Positions 40,559-54,173 of a stretch of DNA of 64,000 bases are shown here, piece by piece. Position 1 is the stretch's first letter; every line of letters starts with the position of its first letter. Under the pieces are notes generated by a model. It was not told the origin of the DNA, did not search any database, and worked only from the letters and a program-made list of their open reading frames with translations. Source of the DNA: Malacoraja senta (Eukaryota); the NCBI GenBank assembly GCA_038087875.1, contig CM075992.1, positions 11,596,001-11,660,000 on the forward strand, read 5' to 3'. Both the position numbers and the translations under genes were made by a program.

Positions 40559-40689
40559 AATCCGGGTGTCTGGAGCCGTAAGGCAGCAACTCTACCCTTG
40601 CATCACTGTGCCAGCCCTGTGTTATTGGCAAACTTACTAACCAACCAATCTATGTTTACGTCCAAATCATTTATGTATATCGCAAACAC

Positions 40690-41022
40690 CAGGGCGGCAG
40701 GGTGGCGGCCTTACAGCGTAGTTAGAGTTGCTGCCTTACAGCGCTCGCAGTGCCGGAGATCCAGGTTCGATCCCGACTATGGGTGCTGTATGTACAGAGT
40801 TTGTACGTTCTCCCCATGGCCTGCATGGGGTTTCTCTCAGATCTTCGGTTTTCTCCCGCATTCCAAAGACGTACAGGTAAGTAGGTTAATTGGCTTGGTA
40901 AATGTAAAAAATATCCCTAGTGTGTAGGGTAGTGTTAATATGCAGGGATCTCTGGTCGGCATGTACCCGGAGGGCCGAAGGGCCTGTTTCATCACTGTAT
41001 CTCTAAACTAAACTATAAACTA
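40690..41022 (+). mobile_element. Near full-length HE1/V-SINE-type SINE
   Basis: A/B-box head (ggttcgatccc), V-domain, CR1-derived tail, (taaac)n. Confidence 0.82.
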
Positions 41023-41113
41023 AACACCAGATGTCCCAGCACAGTTCCCTGTGGAACACTATTGGTCACAGATCTCCAGCCTCTCCCCATAACCCTCTGT
41101 CTCCCATCAGTAA

Positions 41114-41918
41114 AGGGCCTGTCCCACGGGCAGGAGACTCCATGCGGCAAGCGCGACCTAACCGGAAGCGGGGGCCATGCGGGGGCCGCGCGGAGGTCGC
41201 GGGGCTGGTCCCACGTAGATCGCCGGAGCCGTATGGAGTTGGTCCCGACACCGCGCGGGGCTCTGAAAAACTGACACTGTTCAAAAATTCCGTGCGGCAA
41301 CAGCCTGCCGCCCCGCTGGCGCATCGAGGCTGCGCGCACCGCCTCGACGCCGCGTGCACCGTCTCCGTCAACTCTGGAATTGTTGTGAAGGAAGGAACTG
41401 CAGATGCCCATTTACACCGAAGATGGACATATCAAAAATGCTGGAGTAAGTATATCAGGCAGCTTCTGTGGACAGGTGGTGTTTCGGGTCGAGACACCTT
41501 CTTCGGACTGAAGTCTTTTGCAGTCTTCTGTGGTTTGAGGAAGGGTCTCGACCCGAAACATTACCTACCCGTGTTCACCTATATAAAAAGCGAAACATCA
41601 CCTACCCATGTTCACCTACATAAAAACCGCTCAAGCTTCCAACGGACTTCACTCGAACTGGACGTCCGTGCACCCCCCGCTTCCGGTTAGGTTGCTCTTG
41701 CCGCATGGAATCGCATGCCCGTGGGACAGGCCGTACGGTGATCACCCGGCCTCCGCGCGGCCCCCGCTTCCGGTTAGGTTGCTCTTGCCGCATGGAATCG
41801 CATGCCCGTGGGACAGGCCGTACGGTGATCACTCGGCCCCCGCGCGGCCCTCGCGCGGCCCCCGCTTCCGGTTAGGTCGCGCTTGCCGCATGGAGTCGCC
41901 TGCCCATGGACAGGCCCT
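41114..41918. mobile_element. Harbinger-type MITE with nested pLTR insert and reiterated right end
   Basis: TIR agggcctgtccca / tggacaggccct, TAA TSD on both sides. Confidence 0.8.
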
Positions 41919-42169
41919 TAAGTCAGTTAAACCTCTTCCTGCCTGTCCTTCCTTGAAGATTTATTGCTCATAACCTCTATCTTCCCATCACTTCTTCCAT
42001 TTGCAGATCCTCTGCCCTGGTTACCACAGCTGTGCACAGTTTTTGCTTCCTGTATTTAAAAATGATCCAGTGGTATTAGAGACAGTCGAAGAAATAGTTA
42101 ATTGTATTATGCAGGAAGGAACTGGAGATGCTGGTTTACACTAAAGATCGACACAAAATGCTGGAGTCA

Positions 42170-42407
42170 CATCGCGCCCTTTTGGCAGTCTCAAGAACGA
42201 CAACTGAAGTTTTAAACAAACTTTTATTAGAAAATTCACTTTTCAGTAAACAGGTTCTCTAGACACGTCTGGCCACATCGGTGAACAGTGCTGAACTAGC
42301 GCGCGAAAGCAAAACCGCGCGTAAACAAGCAGCCCCTCCCGAGTCATGTGACCGCGGCTTCCGAATGCCGGGTTCGATACCTGCGTGCGCCAGTAGGTGC
42401 CGCTACA
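42170..42407 (-). mobile_element. Possible solo LTR inserted in a pLTR fragment
   Basis: Minus strand starts TGTAGCGG, contains AATAAA near the far end; terminal CA/TSD not clear. Confidence 0.4.
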
Positions 42408-42599
42408 CCCTTCTATATCTCTATGTCTCCCTCTCTTCTGACTCTCAGTCTGAAGAAGAGTCACAAACCGAAACGACACCCATTCCTTCTTTCCAGAGAT
42501 CCTGCCTGTCCCGCTAAGTTACTCCAGAATTTTGTGTCTATCTAAAGAGTTAATGGGTTGGTTCTCTGAGAGGGTTGTTATTATAAGCAGCTAAAGAAA

Positions 42600-44150
42600 T
42601 TCAATCTGTATTGGGTGGAGTTTAGAAGAATGCCAGCTGATCGTATTGAAACGTTCATTATCCTCGGGGTGTGACAGGCAGCCATTGAGATGTTTCCATC
42701 AGTGGGGAGACATGAATAAGGAGACATAGTTATATGACAGGGGACACCACTTAAAGCTAAGTTGCTTGAAATGTCTTCTCACAGAGAGTGGTGAGTTCCC
42801 GGAATTCCTTGTGGGTATTCCCTGGAGAGAAGGGCGGGACTGGCAGCTCAGTGTGTACAGGGAACAGATGCTACAGAGCTGATAGAGATGCAGATAAGAG
42901 AGGAGTGTAGGGGAAGTTGCCTTTTTGATCAGGGAGGAGATAACTACAGTGCTTAGAGAGGGTATTCTTGGGGTATCATATAGTGAGGCTATATGGGTAA
43001 AACTTAGAAACAGGAAGGGAATGATCACTTTGATGGAACAGTATTTTAGGCCTCCGATAGTCAATGGGAATTAGTGGAGATGTGTCAGGAGATTGCAGAT
43101 GGCTGTAAAAATAATAGGATTGTATTAGTGGGAGATTCCAACTTCCCTAATTGACTGTGTTTCCCATGGTGTAAAGGGTCTGGACAGGATTGAATTGGTT
43201 AAATCTGTCAAAGAAAGCCCTGCATGGGGCCTATGGAGAGGACAAAACACTGGACTTCCTCTTAGGGAACAAGTGTCAGTAGTGGTGGGGATGGAGGGGA
43301 GACTTTAGGACCATACTTCTATTAGTTTTAAAGTAGTTATGTAGGACTACTTCAAAGTTAAGGTCCTAAATTTGGACAAGGTCATTTTAGAGCCATGAGG
43401 TGACAAGTTGCAGAGGTCAATGGGGAGAATCTGTTTGCAGGTAAGGAGAACTGGCAAGTGGGAGGCTTCCAAACGTGAGATAGCAAGAGCACAGGGGCAG
43501 CATGTTCCTGTTAGGGTGAAGGGAAGGTTTAAGATGATCCCCTGAGGCAGTCTTTTCACTCAAGTGGGAGTCAGTATCTGCAATGAGCTGACAGAGAAAG
43601 CAATAGAAGTGGACACAATTAGGACTTCCAAAAGGGTTTTGAACAGATATAAGGATAGGAAAGGTTTAGGAGTGCTGTGGGCCATATTTAAGGAAATGGA
43701 ACTAGCCCTAAATACCAAGCTGGTTGGCATGGACAATGTAGGCTGAACAGCCCGTTTCCATGCTGTATAGCTCTATCACTCTATCACAAAGGTTCATGGA
43801 GCCATACAGAAAGGAAACAGGAACTCCGGCCCAACTCGACAATGCTGACCATGCCTAACTGAGCTAGTCCCATTTGCCTGTGTTTGCCCATATTCCTCCA
43901 AACCAAGTCCAATCCAAGTACCTGTATGTGTCTTTTAAGTAGCATACGTGTACCTTCCTCTACCACTTTCTCTGGCAGCCTGTTCCATAAGTACATTGTT
44001 GCCCTTCGTGTCTCATTTCAATTTATCCCCTCCCCCCATAAGCCTGTCCCTTTAGGATTAGACTCCCCTACCCTGGGGAACGGTCTGTGGCTATTCACCT
44101 TAACTATAGCCCCCATGATTTTAGACACCTCCCACTCACAACCCTGGCCC
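42600..44150. mobile_element. Decayed CR1 fragments (EN region and 3' ends)
   Basis: GDSNFP-like and YFRPP-like EN remnants, CR1 tails. Confidence 0.65.
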
Positions 44151-44163
44151 GTGCGGACTGTAC

Positions 44164-44322
44164 CTCTATTTCAACCAGGGCCATGAGCACCGCAAAGCTT
44201 GTCAGGTGCGTACAGTTGCACACTGTGTGTGTTGCGTTGAACTCGACCAATTGGCAGCCTTGAGTGGACCAGCTGAAGGCTGAACTGTTCCAGAAGACAC
44301 ACTTTGCTCTTTTATCAGTGAG
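44164..44322 (-). CDS. ADGRE-like exon, GPS motif and tethered agonist
   Basis: [53 protein letters not shown]; ctctccag acceptor, gtacag donor; intact HL/T cleavage site. Confidence 0.95.
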
Positions 44323-45774
44323 CTGGAGAGAGAGAAAAAAATATTTAACATCAACGAGACCAAGTATAGATGAGATGACCGAATCACCGCACACTTACAC
44401 CCGGTCCGCCAAGAGTGGATCTCCCAGTTGCTAACCATATTAACTTCACTTCCCATTCTCATACTGACCTTTCTGTCCTGGGCCTCATCCATTGCCAGAT
44501 TAGGGCCACATGCAAAGTGGAGGAACAACAACTCATATAAATATGAATAAGTGTTCTGACCTGAAATGTGGCCTGTCCATTCCCTCCAAAGATGCTGCCT
44601 GAACTGCTGAGTTACCCAGCACGTGTGTTTTACTCAAGATCACAGCATCATTTTTCTGAGCTCCCTAGTCTTTTGCTTTTCCTCCACGGTAAAAACAGAG
44701 GTGAAATATTTATTGAGGACCTCTGCCATATCTTGTGGCTCCACACATAGATGTTTACTTGAGTCTTTGAGGCTCCCAATGCTCCCCCAAGTTACTCTTT
44801 TTATTAAAATTTCTTCTAAAAACTCTTTGGTGTCTCCTTAATCTTCTCCACCAAACCAGGCAGACGGGCAGACATCAAGTGTGATTCAGGAGCAGAGACA
44901 CAAAGATTAATTTCCTGGTCAATGTCAGCAATTGGGAATAAAATCCTTCAGGTGGATCCTTTTCTTTTCTACTTTGGAGAAATGTATTTGTTTGCCAGTT
45001 AAATGTGATCAGAGGTGAGTGCAGGCTGATGTTTGATTGGTGGCTTGCCTTCCTTGCGTTGCATTCTGGGTGTATCACATGACATGGGGCAGCAGCGTGG
45101 GGATGGATGGATGTGGCAGCTCATGTGATGAAACAGTGTGGAGTGTAGGGAGCCAGAGCTATGACTGGAGGATGATGGGATTCGGAGCAGATGAAGCAAA
45201 TGTTTATAGTTGGCAAGCCAGCAAATGGAATAACCTGTCCAAATGTTTCCATTCAATATACATGTGGCATTTACCCCGATCATAATCCAGTGCTGAGCTG
45301 ATGGAACCTGCTCAATACTTGGGGATGGATTTACTCTAGATCTCCTGGAATGCATTTGATCTGCTCTCCTCAATGTCTGGGATTGAAGTGGCTTCAAAAC
45401 CTGAAACTGGATGAATTTGCTCTCGGGATTCAGGAATGGGCTGGAATTTTTCAACAACAATCTCTCAGGACTGGTAACGATCATTATGATGTTGTTTTCC
45501 ATTGTCCCTTACCGTGTGAATCTATTACACCAGAATTACACCAAATTGGAAGACACAGAAACAGAAGCAGGAGTCGGCCATTTAACCCACATGTCTACTC
45601 CACCATTCAGTAATACTGTCCTTTACCTCAGAGCCACTTACCTGCACCAGCCCAGAATCATTATGTAATTCCCTGGCATTGTCTAGAGACCATCCCTGTT
45701 GGTTCATGGTGGTGGTGGCACTATCGTAAACTACGCAGCCCTGTTGAAGGTGGTTCCACAGTGTTTGATCAAAT

Positions 45775-46085
45775 TGATTGAAAGATACCGCATGGAAACA
45801 GGTCCTTTGGCCCATTGAGTCCTCGCTGGTCAAACATCGATCACACGTTCACACGAGGTCTATGTTATCCCACTTGCACATCCATTGACTACACACTGGG
45901 GTCAATTTACAGTCCAATGAACCTACAAACCAGCACTTCTTTGGGATGTGGGAGGAAACTAGAGCACCCGGAGGAAACCTATGTGGAGAACTTGCAAACT
46001 CCACACAGACAGCAGACAAGGGCAAGATCAAACCTGGGTCTCTGGCGATGTGAGGCAGTTGTTCTACCAGCTGCACCACTCTACT
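45775..46085 (-). mobile_element. HE1/V-SINE-type SINE
   Basis: RC head and V-domain. Confidence 0.72.
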
Positions 46086-46419
46086 AACCACATGCCTGCT
46101 GCTGAGAAGTAGTTCTCAGACCCAGTGATGAAGCTTTGCTTAATTCACTGAAGGTTATTCCCAAGTCAGGAGGGGGTGTAATTTAGACAGGGACAAAAGT
46201 TGTCATGTTCCCATGTGCTTGAAACTCTTGTGCTTCTGGGTGGTAAAAGTCATGGGTTTGGAGCAGCCTGGGTGAGTAACTAATGAATGAAACTCAAATC
46301 ACCGGGCACCAATAGTGGAGAAAGTAAGTGTTAAAGAAGGAACTGCAGATGCTTGAAAATCGAAGGTACACAAAAATGCTGGAGAAACTCAGCGTCTATG
46401 GAGCGAAAGTCAGTGTTGC

Positions 46420-47660
46420 ATTGTAGGAGATAAACTATCAGCAGACATTTAGTGTGAACCCACTGACTCCCACAGCTATCTAGACTACACTTTTCTCACC
46501 CAGCTTCCTGTAGAGACTCTATCCCCTACTTCCAATTCCTCCATCTACGCCATATCTACGCCCAAGATGAGGTGTTCCATACCAGGAGATCTGAGATGTC
46601 CTCATTCTTTAGGGAACGGGGGTTCCTCTATTCAATCATTGATGAGTCTCCTCAATATCCTGCAGCTCTGCTCTTGCTACCTCCCCCTCCCAGTTGCAAC
46701 AGGGACAGAGTTTCCCTAGTCCTCACGTTTTACCCCAACAGCCATCACATAAACAGCACATAATCCTCGGGCATTTTCGCCACCTCCAAACTGATCTCAC
46801 CAATAGCCGCACCTTCCCATCTCCACCCCTTTCCGCTTTCCACATGGACTTCTCCCTCCGCAACTCCCTGGTTAACTCGTCCCTTCCCACCCAAACCACC
46901 CCCTCCCCAGTTACCTTCCCCTGCAGCAGCAGGAGATGCAACACCTGTCCCTATACCTCCCCCCTCGACTCCGTCCTAGGACCCCGACAATCTTTTCAGG
47001 TGAGGCAGAGGTTCACTTGTTCCTCCTCCAACCTCATCTACTGTATCCACTGTTCCAGGTGTGGACTCGTATATATCGATGAGACCAAGCGCAGACTCGC
47101 CGATCGTTTCACTGAACATCTCCACTCAGTCCACCTAAACCTACCTGATCTCCCAGTTCCTAAACACTTTAACTCTCCCTCCCATTCCCACACTGACCTT
47201 TCTGTCCTGGGCCTCCTCCATTGTCATAGTGAGGACCAGCACAAATGAGAGGAACAAAAACTCAGATTTCACTTGGGCAGCTTACACCCCAGCAGTATGA
47301 ATATTGACTTCTCTAACTTCAAGTAACCTTTGCCTTCCTTCTCTCTCCATCCTTCCCCCCTTCCCAGTTCTCCGACCCGTCTTACTGTCCTTGTTTACAT
47401 TTTATCTCTGTTTGCTTTGTTGTTAACTTCTCCTTGCTAACATTGATCTATTCTACGTTGTCCTTGATCTCCATCACCTTTGTCTCTTTTTCACATTTTA
47501 CATTTCCTTATCTCTGTATCTACCTCTCCCCTGATTGTCTCGACCTGAAATATCACCCGTTCCTTCTATCCAGAGATGCTGCCTGTCCAGCTGAGTTACT
47601 CCAGCATTTTGTGTCTATCTTTGGTTTAAACCAGCATTGGCAGTTCCTTCCTATAACATC
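46420..47660 (+). mobile_element. Penelope-like element, 3' part with GIY-YIG and pLTR
   Basis: ORF 46694..47248 NLIYCIHCSRCGLVYIDETKR. Confidence 0.85.
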
Positions 47661-48007
47661 CAGATTGTCTCCAATCTGATCTATTCCTGCATTAACCATT
47701 TCATAGAGTCATACGGTACGGACACAAGCCCTTTGGCCCGTCTTGACCAAGAAGACTGATCTAAGGTAGTCCCATTTGCCAACACCTGGTCCATATCCCT
47801 CTTAACATTTTTTCTATCCAGGTATCTCTCTAAGTCTCTATTAAATGTTGTTATTCTGCTTGCCTCAAGTACCTTCCCTGGCAGCTCATTCCATATACTC
47901 ACCACTCCTCTTTGTGAAAAGGATGCTCCGCAGGTTCCAATAAAATCATTCCCTTCTCACCTTAAACCTATGTCCTCTGGGTAAAAAGACCCTGTGTAAA
48001 AGGGCTT

Positions 48008-48472
48008 AGAAACATAGAAACATAGAAAATAGGTGCAGGAGGAGGCCATTCGGCCCTTTGAGCCAGCACCGCCATTCATTGTGATCATGGCTGATCGTCC
48101 CCTATCAATAACCCGTGCCTGCCTTCTCCCCATATCCCTTGACTCCACTAGCCCCTAGAGCTCTATCTAACTCTCTCTTAAATCCATCCAGTGACTTGGC
48201 CTCCACTGCCCTCTGTGGCAGGGAATTCCATAAATTCACAACTCTCTGGGTGAAAAAGTTTTTTCTCACCTCAGTCTTAAATGACCTCCACTTTATTCTA
48301 AGACTGTGACCCCAGGTTCTGGACTCGCCCAACATTGGGAACATTTTTCCTGCATCTAGCTTGTCCAGTCCTTTTATAATTGTATATATTTCTATAAGAT
48401 ATCCCCTCATCCTTCTAAACTCCAGTGAATACAAGCCTAGTCTTTTTAATCTTTCCTCATATGAAAGTCCCG
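48008..48472 (-). mobile_element. Young CR1 3' fragment, present only in arm A
   Basis: ORF 48105..48434; empty site ggggcttgtttc seen in arm B. Confidence 0.88.
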
Positions 48473-48594
48473 CTTGTTTCTGTAATCTCCTGAACCTGTC
48501 CTACACATCACAAAATATGCTTCATAATATCCGGATATTATTGATGGATAATGAGGCATTTATATTGTGCACTTTCTTTCCCAATATCTGGAAA

Positions 48595-48866
48595 GCCTGA
48601 GGTCTCGTACCAGTAGGATGAGGAACAGCTTCTACAATTATACGTCGCATTGCTGAACTCGGAGTCCCGCCGATAGATTCCTCCGGTCCCTCCGTCCCCA
48701 TTGTTAATTATTCTGTATTTTTGATTATTCTGTATCCTCTTTTTTTTTAAATTTCTATATTGCACTACTACTATGGACTGACGCAAAACTGCATTTCGTT
48801 GTACCCATACTCAGTATTTGTGCAATGACATTAAAGTTGAATTGAATTGAATTGAATTGAATTGAA
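48595..48866 (+). mobile_element. Rex/Babar 3' end, present only in arm A
   Basis: Near-identical to RC of 18528..18810; (ttgaa)n tail. Confidence 0.87.
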
Positions 48867-49003
48867 ATTCCCCCCCATGTATTAGGAGTAAAGAATGAGG
48901 CATTTGCCTGTCTAACAAAGGAAACTACATCAAAAGTAATACTTTAGCTTACAATGAGATGGCAAAAAGCCATGAATATGGTTGACGCTGCGCTTGGACT
49001 TAC

Positions 49004-49123
49004 CAAAATTCTCTTTCCCTGCCACGCTCTTCCAGCCAATGTTCAGGCTGTTATTGCCAGTAGATAACTTTGATCTGTTATCGTTTGGGATCGTGCTGTT
49101 CCGGATTGCTTGCATGATGATTT
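49004..49123 (-). CDS. ADGRE-like exon, GAIN domain (EIIMQAIRNSTIPND...IGWKSVAGKENF)
   Basis: Acceptor ttttcaaag, donor gtaagt; 120 bp, phase 1 to 1. Confidence 0.75.
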
Positions 49124-49469
49124 CTTTGAAAATGGAGAAACAGGAAAGTCAGCAGCAGCAGCATTAAATACAGGAAATAAAATGTCACACAGCTTCAGTA
49201 ACTTGTCATAACTTTGTGTGGAAAATAACTTTTAATATTTCCAATTGTTCTCAATCCTCTCTCTCTCCAGAATCCCAATGAGTTGCTCTCAATACCCTGT
49301 ACTCAGAGATTGTCAACGTCTTTTTCTAATTACGAGTGACTCCAGCTTTTTGTGTCTATCTTCTTTAAACCGTTATGGTCTTTCTTTAAAGCTTTCACAA
49401 AAAACATTAATAATCCAGTAGATAGACACAAATAGCTAGGGTAACTCAGGCGGCATCTCTGAACCACCA

Positions 49470-49950
49470 GGGGGCGCCAGCAATGGCTGCCTCGCCAACA
49501 GTCTGTCGTGTCCCTTCCTTCTTTGTTGTTTTCTTTGTATGTGTTAAATGTATGTTTTAATGTTCTTTAGCTTAGCCGATGTGGGGGGTGGGGGGCAGTG
49601 TTGGGGGAACCTTTTTTAATCTCTTATCCCGACGGAGATGCGATTTTTTTGCCGTATGATATCTCTGTCTGCACTGAGGCCTAACATCGAGGAGCTGGTG
49701 GCCTCTGCTGGAGACAAACTTCGGAAGCTCCAACCGCGGGAGCCTGCAGGACTTAACATCGTGGAGCTCGCGACCCCTGTCGGGGATCGACTTTGGAGCT
49801 CCAACCGCAGGAGCCTGCGGACTTTAACATCGTGGTGCTAGCGGTCCCTGGTTAGAAAGTGACTTCGAGAGCTCCAAGCCGCAGGAGCTTCGACCGCCCC
49901 GACGTGGGAGCTACGATCGCCCCGATGAGGGAGCTTCGATTGCCCTGACA
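49470..49950 (+). mobile_element. GC-rich short retroposon 5' part (duplicated at ~59250..59720)
   Basis: Head ggcgcc...ggctgcctcgccaacagtctgt, T-rich and G-run blocks as in 21437..22196; ccgatgtgggag motif shared with 7910..8235. Confidence 0.5.
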
Positions 49951-50377
49951 GTGCAAAAAGACCTGAAGGCAAGACTGAGACAGGGCAAGGACGACTACAG
50001 GAAGAAGCTGGAGCTGAAACTTCAGCAGAACAACATGAGGGATGTGTGGAGCAGTATGAAGAGCATTACAGACCACAAGAAGACCAGTGGCCTGGGGAGG
50101 GAAAGCAATCAGGACTGGGCCAATGAGCTAAACCTGTTTTTTTATAGATTTGATGGTGGGGCCTCTGCCCACCCACTCCCCCCTGCCCCCTGACAGACTC
50201 TCCCCCTCAACCCCCCTGGTCCACTTCATAGAGTCATTGAGTCATACAGTCATAGAGTGATACAGTGTGGAAACTGGCCCTTCAGCTCAACTTGCCCACA
50301 CTGGCCAACAATGTCCCAGCTACACTAGTCCCACTTGCCTGAGCTTGGTCCATATCCCCCCAAACCTGTCCTATCCA

Positions 50378-51617
50378 AACCTGCACCCACACACAACTGA
50401 CTGACTTCATCTGCTTCACCACCAACTTCCATCTGGCACTCAAATACACCTGGACCATTTCCGACACTTCCCTACCATTCCTTGACCTCACTATCTCCAT
50501 TGCAGGTGATAGACTTCTTACCGACATCCACTACAAACCTACCGACTCCCATGGCTATCTGGACTACACTTCTTCCCACCTTGCTTCCTGTAAGGACTCC
50601 ATCCCCCACTCCCAATTCCTCCGTCTACGCCGCATCTGCTCCCAGGATGAGGCGTTCCACACCAGGGCATCCGAAATGTCCTCATTTTTCAGGGAACGGG
50701 GGTTCCCCTCCTCCACCATAGATGAGGCTCGCACCAGGGTCTCTGCCATACCCCGCAACACTGCTCTCTCTCCCCATCCCCCCACTCACAACAAGGGCAG
50801 AGTCCCCCTAGTCCTCACCTTTCACCCCACCAGCCGTCACATACAACAAGTTATCCTCCGTCAGTTTCGCCACCTCCAACGTGACCCCACCACTCGCCAC
50901 ATCTTCCCATCTCCCCCTATGTCTGCCTTCCACAAAGACCGCTCCCTCCGTAACTCCCTTGTCAATTCTTCCCTTCCCTCCCGTACCACCCCCTCCCCGG
51001 GTACTTTCCCTTGCAACCGCAAGAGATGCAACACTTGTCCCTTCACCTCCCCCCTCGACTCCATTCAAGGACCTAAGCAGTCGTTCCAGGTGCGACAGAG
51101 GTTCACCTGCATCTCCTCCAACCTCATCTATTGCATCCGCTGCTCTAGATGTCAGCTGATCTACATCGGTGAGACCAAGCGGAGGCTCGGCGATCGTTTC
51201 GCGGAACACCTCCGGTCGGTCCGCAATAACCAACCTGACCTCCCGGTGGCTCAGCACTTCAAATCCCCCTCCCATTCCGTATCTGACCTCTCTGACCTGG
51301 GTCTCCTCCATGGCCACAGCGAGCAACACCGGAAATTGGAGGAAATGCACCTCATATTCCGCTTGGGCATTCTACATCCTGGGGGCTTGAACATTGAATT
51401 CTCCCAATACTGCTAGCCCTTGCTGTCCCCTCCCCTTCATCAGCCCTCTGGTTGTCTTCTCCCCTCCCCCAGCCCTCGGGCTCCTCCTCCGCCTTTTTTC
51501 CTTTCTTCTCCCCACCCCCTATCAGTCTGAAGAAGGGTTTCGGCCCGAAACGTTGCTTGTTTCCTCCGCTCCATAGATGCTGCTGCACCCGCTGAGTTTC
51601 TCTAGCATTTTTGTGTA
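50378..51617 (+). mobile_element. Young 5'-truncated Penelope-like element (RT thumb + GIY-YIG, pLTR)
   Basis: Open frame ~50382..51416 (LPFLD, YKPT, YIGETKR, GLN); TSD cctatcca at 50370 and 51618. Confidence 0.92.
51524..51557 (+). ncRNA. Minimal type I hammerhead ribozyme-like motif in the Penelope pLTR
   Basis: agt CTGAAGA agggtttcggccc GAAA cgtt gct: both core boxes, stem II, palindromic ACGT stem III, short stem I. Confidence 0.65.
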
Positions 51618-52146
51618 CCTATCCATGTACTTGTCTGTTTCTTAAACGATGGGATCGTCCCAGCCTCAACTACCTCCTCTGGCAGCTTGTTACATATACC
51701 CACCATACTGTGTAAAAACGTTACCCCTCGGATTCCTATTAAATCTTTTCCCCTTCACCTTGAACCTATCTCCTCTGGTACTCGATTCCCCTACTCTGGG
51801 CAAGAGACTCTGTGCATTAACCCAATCTATTCCTCTCATGATTTTGTACACCTCTACAAGATCCCCCCCCCCCCCCCCATCCTCCTACACTCCATGGAAT
51901 AGAGAGCCAGCCTACTCAACCTCTCCCTATAGCTCACACCCTCTAGTCCTGGCAATATCCTCGTAAATCTTTTCTGTCTGCTGTACCTTCATGCTTACTT
52001 TCATAGACTGATGTACAAGGACCCCCAGATCCCATTGTACTTCCCCTTTTCCCAACTTGACGCCATTTAGATAGTAATCTGCTTTCCTGTTTTTGCTACC
52101 AAAGTGGATCACCTCACATTTATCCGCATTAAACTTCATCTGCCAT

Positions 52147-54173
52147 TATATGCAGACGATATACTTTTATATATTACAAATTCACAAACGAGCATACCAA
52201 ATGTATTAAATTTAATAGAGGAATTCGGGTCCTTTTCTGGATATAGAATAAACTGGAATAAAAGTGAAATCATGACGTTAAAACCTCAAGAATCTACACA
52301 CTTATTGAAATTCCCCTTTAAGATTGCAACAGAAAAGTTTAAATATTTGTGTATTCAAATTACTATAAAATATAAAGCATTATTTAATGCTAATTTTATG
52401 CCTTTATTAAATAAACTCAACACGTTGATTAAATTCTAGAAAACACTTCCCTTATCATTAATAGGTAGAATAAACGTTATAAAAATGATCTTTCTATCAC
52501 AATTATTATACCTATTTCAATCTATACCATTATATATACCCAAATCTTTTTTTTAAAAACTAGACTCTAATATTACTAATTTTATTTGGGGCTATAGATC
52601 ACACAGAATTAAAAAAAAACACTTATGTAAACCAAAAGATGTCGGGGGACTTTCACTTCCAAACTTTTTGTATTAATATTGGGCAGTGCATATTAAGAAT
52701 ATAATTTACTGGTTGGACAGTTCTACCCAAAAGACAGAATGGATAAGAATGGAGAAAGAGGATTGTTCTCCTTGTAACATAGGAGCGATCCTCTTCTCCC
52801 CGATAAAACTGAACAACACAATATATACGAATAACCCAATAATACATGATACAATAAGAATTTGGAAACAAATAAAATTATCTCTAAAATTAAGAAATCT
52901 ATCATTGTTAATGCCAATAGTGAATAATCCTTCATTTAAACCATCTCTTATTAATAAAACATATAACCAATGGGAAATAATGGGAATTAAAAGGATCGGT
53001 GATATGTATGAAATGGGAAATATGTTATCATTCCAACAATTACAATTAAAATTTAAACTGAAAAATAACCAATATTTTAAATATCTTCAGATTTGCGACT
53101 TCATGAAGAAATACATACAAGGATATCAAAACATAACTTTTGATCCACTGGAAGAAGCAATGAATATTAAGGCTGACACAGAAATTAATATCATATTTAT
53201 ATAATAGTATTTTAAATATAGACCTACCATCGACAGAGGCACTTAGAGAAGAGTGGGAACGAGAATTAATGAAAAAAATTACAAAGGAAACATGGGAAAA
53301 GTACTTGATATATATATACACGAATGTTCGATTAATGTAAGACATAATTTAATTCAATTTAAAATTTTACATAGACTATATTATTCAAAAACGAGATTGA
53401 ATAAATTCTATCCAAATATGTTCCCCATTTGTGATAAATGTCTATCCCAAAACGCAACTATAACACACTCTTTCGTTTCCAGCATAAAACGTTATCAATT
53501 TTGGAGTGATATTTTTGAAATATTTACAAAATTATTCAAGATAAAAATGGAACCTAATACTGAAATGATTATATTTGGAGTAATGGAAGACGGGAATAAA
53601 TTGAACTCATCTCAAAATGTATTTTTTAATTATGGTTTAATAATGGCAAAAAAAACGAATACTTAAATTTTGGAAAAATACACCAATACCAACGCTTAAA
53701 ATGTGGATTTCAAGCATGTTGGACACCACACATCTTGAGGAAATGCGATTCCTCCTAATAGATAAATCAGACCAATTCTTAACGAGTTGGTCTCCATTTG
53801 TCGTCTTTTTGGAAATATGTGGTGCAACACAATTGTAGAAGCTAACTGTTCCAGGACTGGGTGAGGGATGGTCAAGATTATAAATAACGATCTCCTTAAT
53901 TTTTTTTTTTTAATTTCTACTCTGTTTCTTTCTATCTTCTTTTCTTCACTTTTCTTCTTTCACCCTTTTTTCTTTTTCACACACTATATATCACACGTGT
54001 TTCTATCTTTTATTATCTAGTCTCTCTTTTTCTTCTTCATTATAAATTAAAAAACAGAAAAGAAGCTGTACATAAAATGTAATATGTCAATATATATTAG
54101 GCACCTTGGTGCCATATGATTGTACTTACTTCTAATAAACTTAAAATATATATTTTTTTAAATTAAAAAAAAG
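52147..54173 (+). mobile_element. 5'-truncated L1-clade LINE (RT C-terminus, 3' UTR, poly-A)
   Basis: LYADD, SGYRINWNKS, C-terminal CDKC...H; TSD aaac(c)ttcatctgccat at 52131 and 54174 within a CR1. Confidence 0.9.

Larger units (their letters stand above)
47422..49984. repeat. Arm A of inverted segmental duplication (partner 59213..61388)
   Basis: Reverse-complement match along whole length including unique intron sequence, exon and shared TE junctions. Confidence 0.9.

Noticed and set aside
40690..40780. tRNA gene
   Set aside because: A/B-box head of a SINE followed by V-domain and LINE tail; same for other ggttcgatcc hits
44999..45502. 167-aa minus ORF as the missing GAIN exon
   Set aside because: No GAIN-like motifs and no convincing phase 1-0 splice pair
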